IMG/VR virus record: IMGVR_UViG_3300048631_000128
Location: 1-25,942 of that record
Length of the DNA: 25,942 nt
From: a virus
Taxonomy: Duplodnaviria > Caudoviricetes
Strand: one strand, 5' to 3'
The position numbers and the translations under genes are program-made. Below are positions 24,427 through 25,942 of this stretch, in pieces. Numbering within the stretch: position 1 is the stretch's first letter; every line of letters begins with the position of its first letter. The notes beneath the pieces are model-generated. The model did not search any database and was not told the origin of the DNA. It worked only from the letters and a program-made list of their open reading frames with translations.

Positions 24427-25942
24427 ATGATTTCAGAGAAGAGTCTAGTAACAGTAGAAGGAACGACTATTTATAGTGTTGGCTTCGAGATTATATCGGA
24501 GGACCATTGTAATGTACTACTGAACACAGTACTACAATCGTCAGACACATATGACATTATTAACAACGCAGTAGTATTCCACACAGCCCCTACATCTGGT
24601 CAGAACTTGATGATTAGGGTTGGTACTACAGAGAGTGATTTAGCAGCATCACCAACTGATATTGGTATTGTTGCCACTTCAATTACTAATGTAAACCAAG
24701 TAGCAAACAACATTGCTAATGTACTTGCAGTAGATGCTAACAGCGCTAACGTGACTATCGTATCTACTAATATTGCTGATGTAAACACAGTGGCTACAGA
24801 CATTGCTAATGTGAATGCAGCAGTAGCTAATAAAGCTAATATTGATGCAGCGGTTGCTAATGCTACCAACATTAATAGTGCTGTAGCTAATGCTAGTAAC
24901 ATTAATAGTGCTGTGTCTAACGCAAGTAACATTAATGCCGCTGTAGCCAATGAGACTGATATTGATGCAGCAGTAGCTAACGAAGCTAACATTACAGCAG
25001 CGGTTGCTAATACAACTAATATTAACTCTGCGGTTTCTAACGCAACTAATATTAATGCTGCAGTTGCTAATGCGACTAATATCAATACAGTTGTAGCCAA
25101 TGAGACTGATATTACAACTGTTGCCACTAACGTAAGTTCTGTTAATACGGTAGCAGGTATCGGTTCTGCTGGTCTTGCAGGTATTGTTGCAAATGAAACT
25201 AATATTAACTTGGTTGGTACAGACATTGCTAATGTAAATACTACGGCAGGGTCAATTACTAATGTAAATACAGTGGCAGGTAATATTGCTGCAGTAAATA
25301 CTGTATCTAGTAATATAACTAAGGTTGTTAAGGTTGCTGATGATTTACTAGAGACTATCTCTGAGATTGAGACAGTAGCTCTAGACTTACAAGAGACTAC
25401 TAGTGAGATTGAAACAGTAGCAGCTTCAGTAGGTAATGTAGACACAGTAGGTGCAGCTATTACTAATGTAAATACTGTTGCTAGTGACATCGCTAATGTA
25501 AATACTACAGCTACTAATGTAGCTAATGTAAATACTACGGCAGGTTCAATTGCTAATGTAAATACTACTGCTACTAATATTGCTGATGTAAATACAGTAG
25601 CTACTAATATCACTGATGTAAATGCAGTAGCAAGTAATGCAACTAACATTAATGCCGTTGAAGGTAATGAAACTAACATTAACTCAGCAGTATCTAATGC
25701 TAGTAATATCAATGCAGCAGTAGCTAACGCAAGTAACATTAACTCAGCAGTGTCTAACGCAACTAATATCAACACAGCAGTATCTGAGTTAGCAGCGATT
25801 AATAACTATGCTGACACATATTCGTCTAATGCTACAGCTCCTAGTTCTCCTAGTACAGGTGACCTATGGTTTGATACCGCATCCCAGACAATGAAAGTAT
25901 ATGGTACATTAGGTTGGCAGAATGCTGGTTCATCTGTGAATG
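24427..25942 (+). CDS. Tail fibre protein, 3'-truncated (>=505 aa), with a 10-residue repeat shaft
   Basis: Hand-translated: MISEKSL...VFHTAPTSG..., (NINSAVANAS / NVNTVATNIA)n, then APSSPSTGDLWFDT...MKVY...W; no stop before the window end. Confidence 0.88.
   Translation, partial: MISEKSLVTVEGTTIYSVGFEIISEDHCNVLLNTVLQSSDTYDIINNAVVFHTAPTSGQNLMIRVGTTESDLAASPTDIGIVATSITNVNQVANNIANVLAVDANSANVTIVSTNIADVNTVATDIANVNAAVANKANIDAAVANATNINSAVANASNINSAVSNASNINAAVANETDIDAAVANEANITAAVANTTNINSAVSNATNINAAVANATNINTVVANETDITTVATNVSSVNTVAGIGSAGLAGIVANETNINLVGTDIANVNTTAGSITNVNTVAGNIAAVNTVSSNITKVVKVADDLLETISEIETVALDLQETTSEIETVAASVGNVDTVGAAITNVNTVASDIANVNTTATNVANVNTTAGSIANVNTTATNIADVNTVATNITDVNAVASNATNINAVEGNETNINSAVSNASNINAAVANASNINSAVSNATNINTAVSELAAINNYADTYSSNATAPSSPSTGDLWFDTASQTMKVYGTLGWQNAGSSVN
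24670..25800 (+). repeat. Degenerate 30-bp tandem coding repeats
   Basis: e.g. AACATTAATAGTGCTGTAGCTAATGCTAGT and AATGTAAATACTACGGCAGG units. Confidence 0.85.

Noticed and set aside
24600-25775. 391-aa minus-strand ORF
   Set aside because: Antisense shadow of the repetitive + strand tail fibre gene
1-25942. Integrase, tRNA, intron/intein or homing endonuclease
   Set aside because: No supporting motifs seen; core genes are compact and uninterrupted

Overview
About 26 kb of a T7-like podovirus (Autographiviridae-type) genome, with all credible genes on the + strand. 1-4852 is an early region of about 17 small, mostly unknown ORFs, including a GP88-like Cys-rich protein, a putative papain-fold protein and a tandem-HTH protein. 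It is followed by the single-subunit RNA polymerase, an AT-rich structured intergenic region (likely promoter and origin), SSB, primase-helicase, family A DNA polymerase, RusA-like resolvase, DUF3310, thioredoxin, a PD-(D/E)xK-like protein, gp6-like exonuclease, class Ia ribonucleotide reductase (nrdA/nrdB) and an FmdB-type zinc ribbon. The window ends with portal, scaffold, major capsid, tail tubes A/B and a decad-repeat tail fibre that runs off the end. The most striking unexplained signal is a 17-21 bp near-palindrome, (AG)TTTTmGAC-A-GTmGAAAA(CT). It occurs 7 times, only upstream of the RNAP gene, mostly between a stop codon and the next RBS, and an adjacent tandem-HTH gene is a candidate binder. 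Also notable are a 21-bp perfect repeat that is probably the phage promoter, a large hairpin or pseudoknot before ssb, apparent avoidance of GATC and CATG, and an overprinted basic ORF across the scaffold start. All family calls come from manual motif recognition, not database searches.
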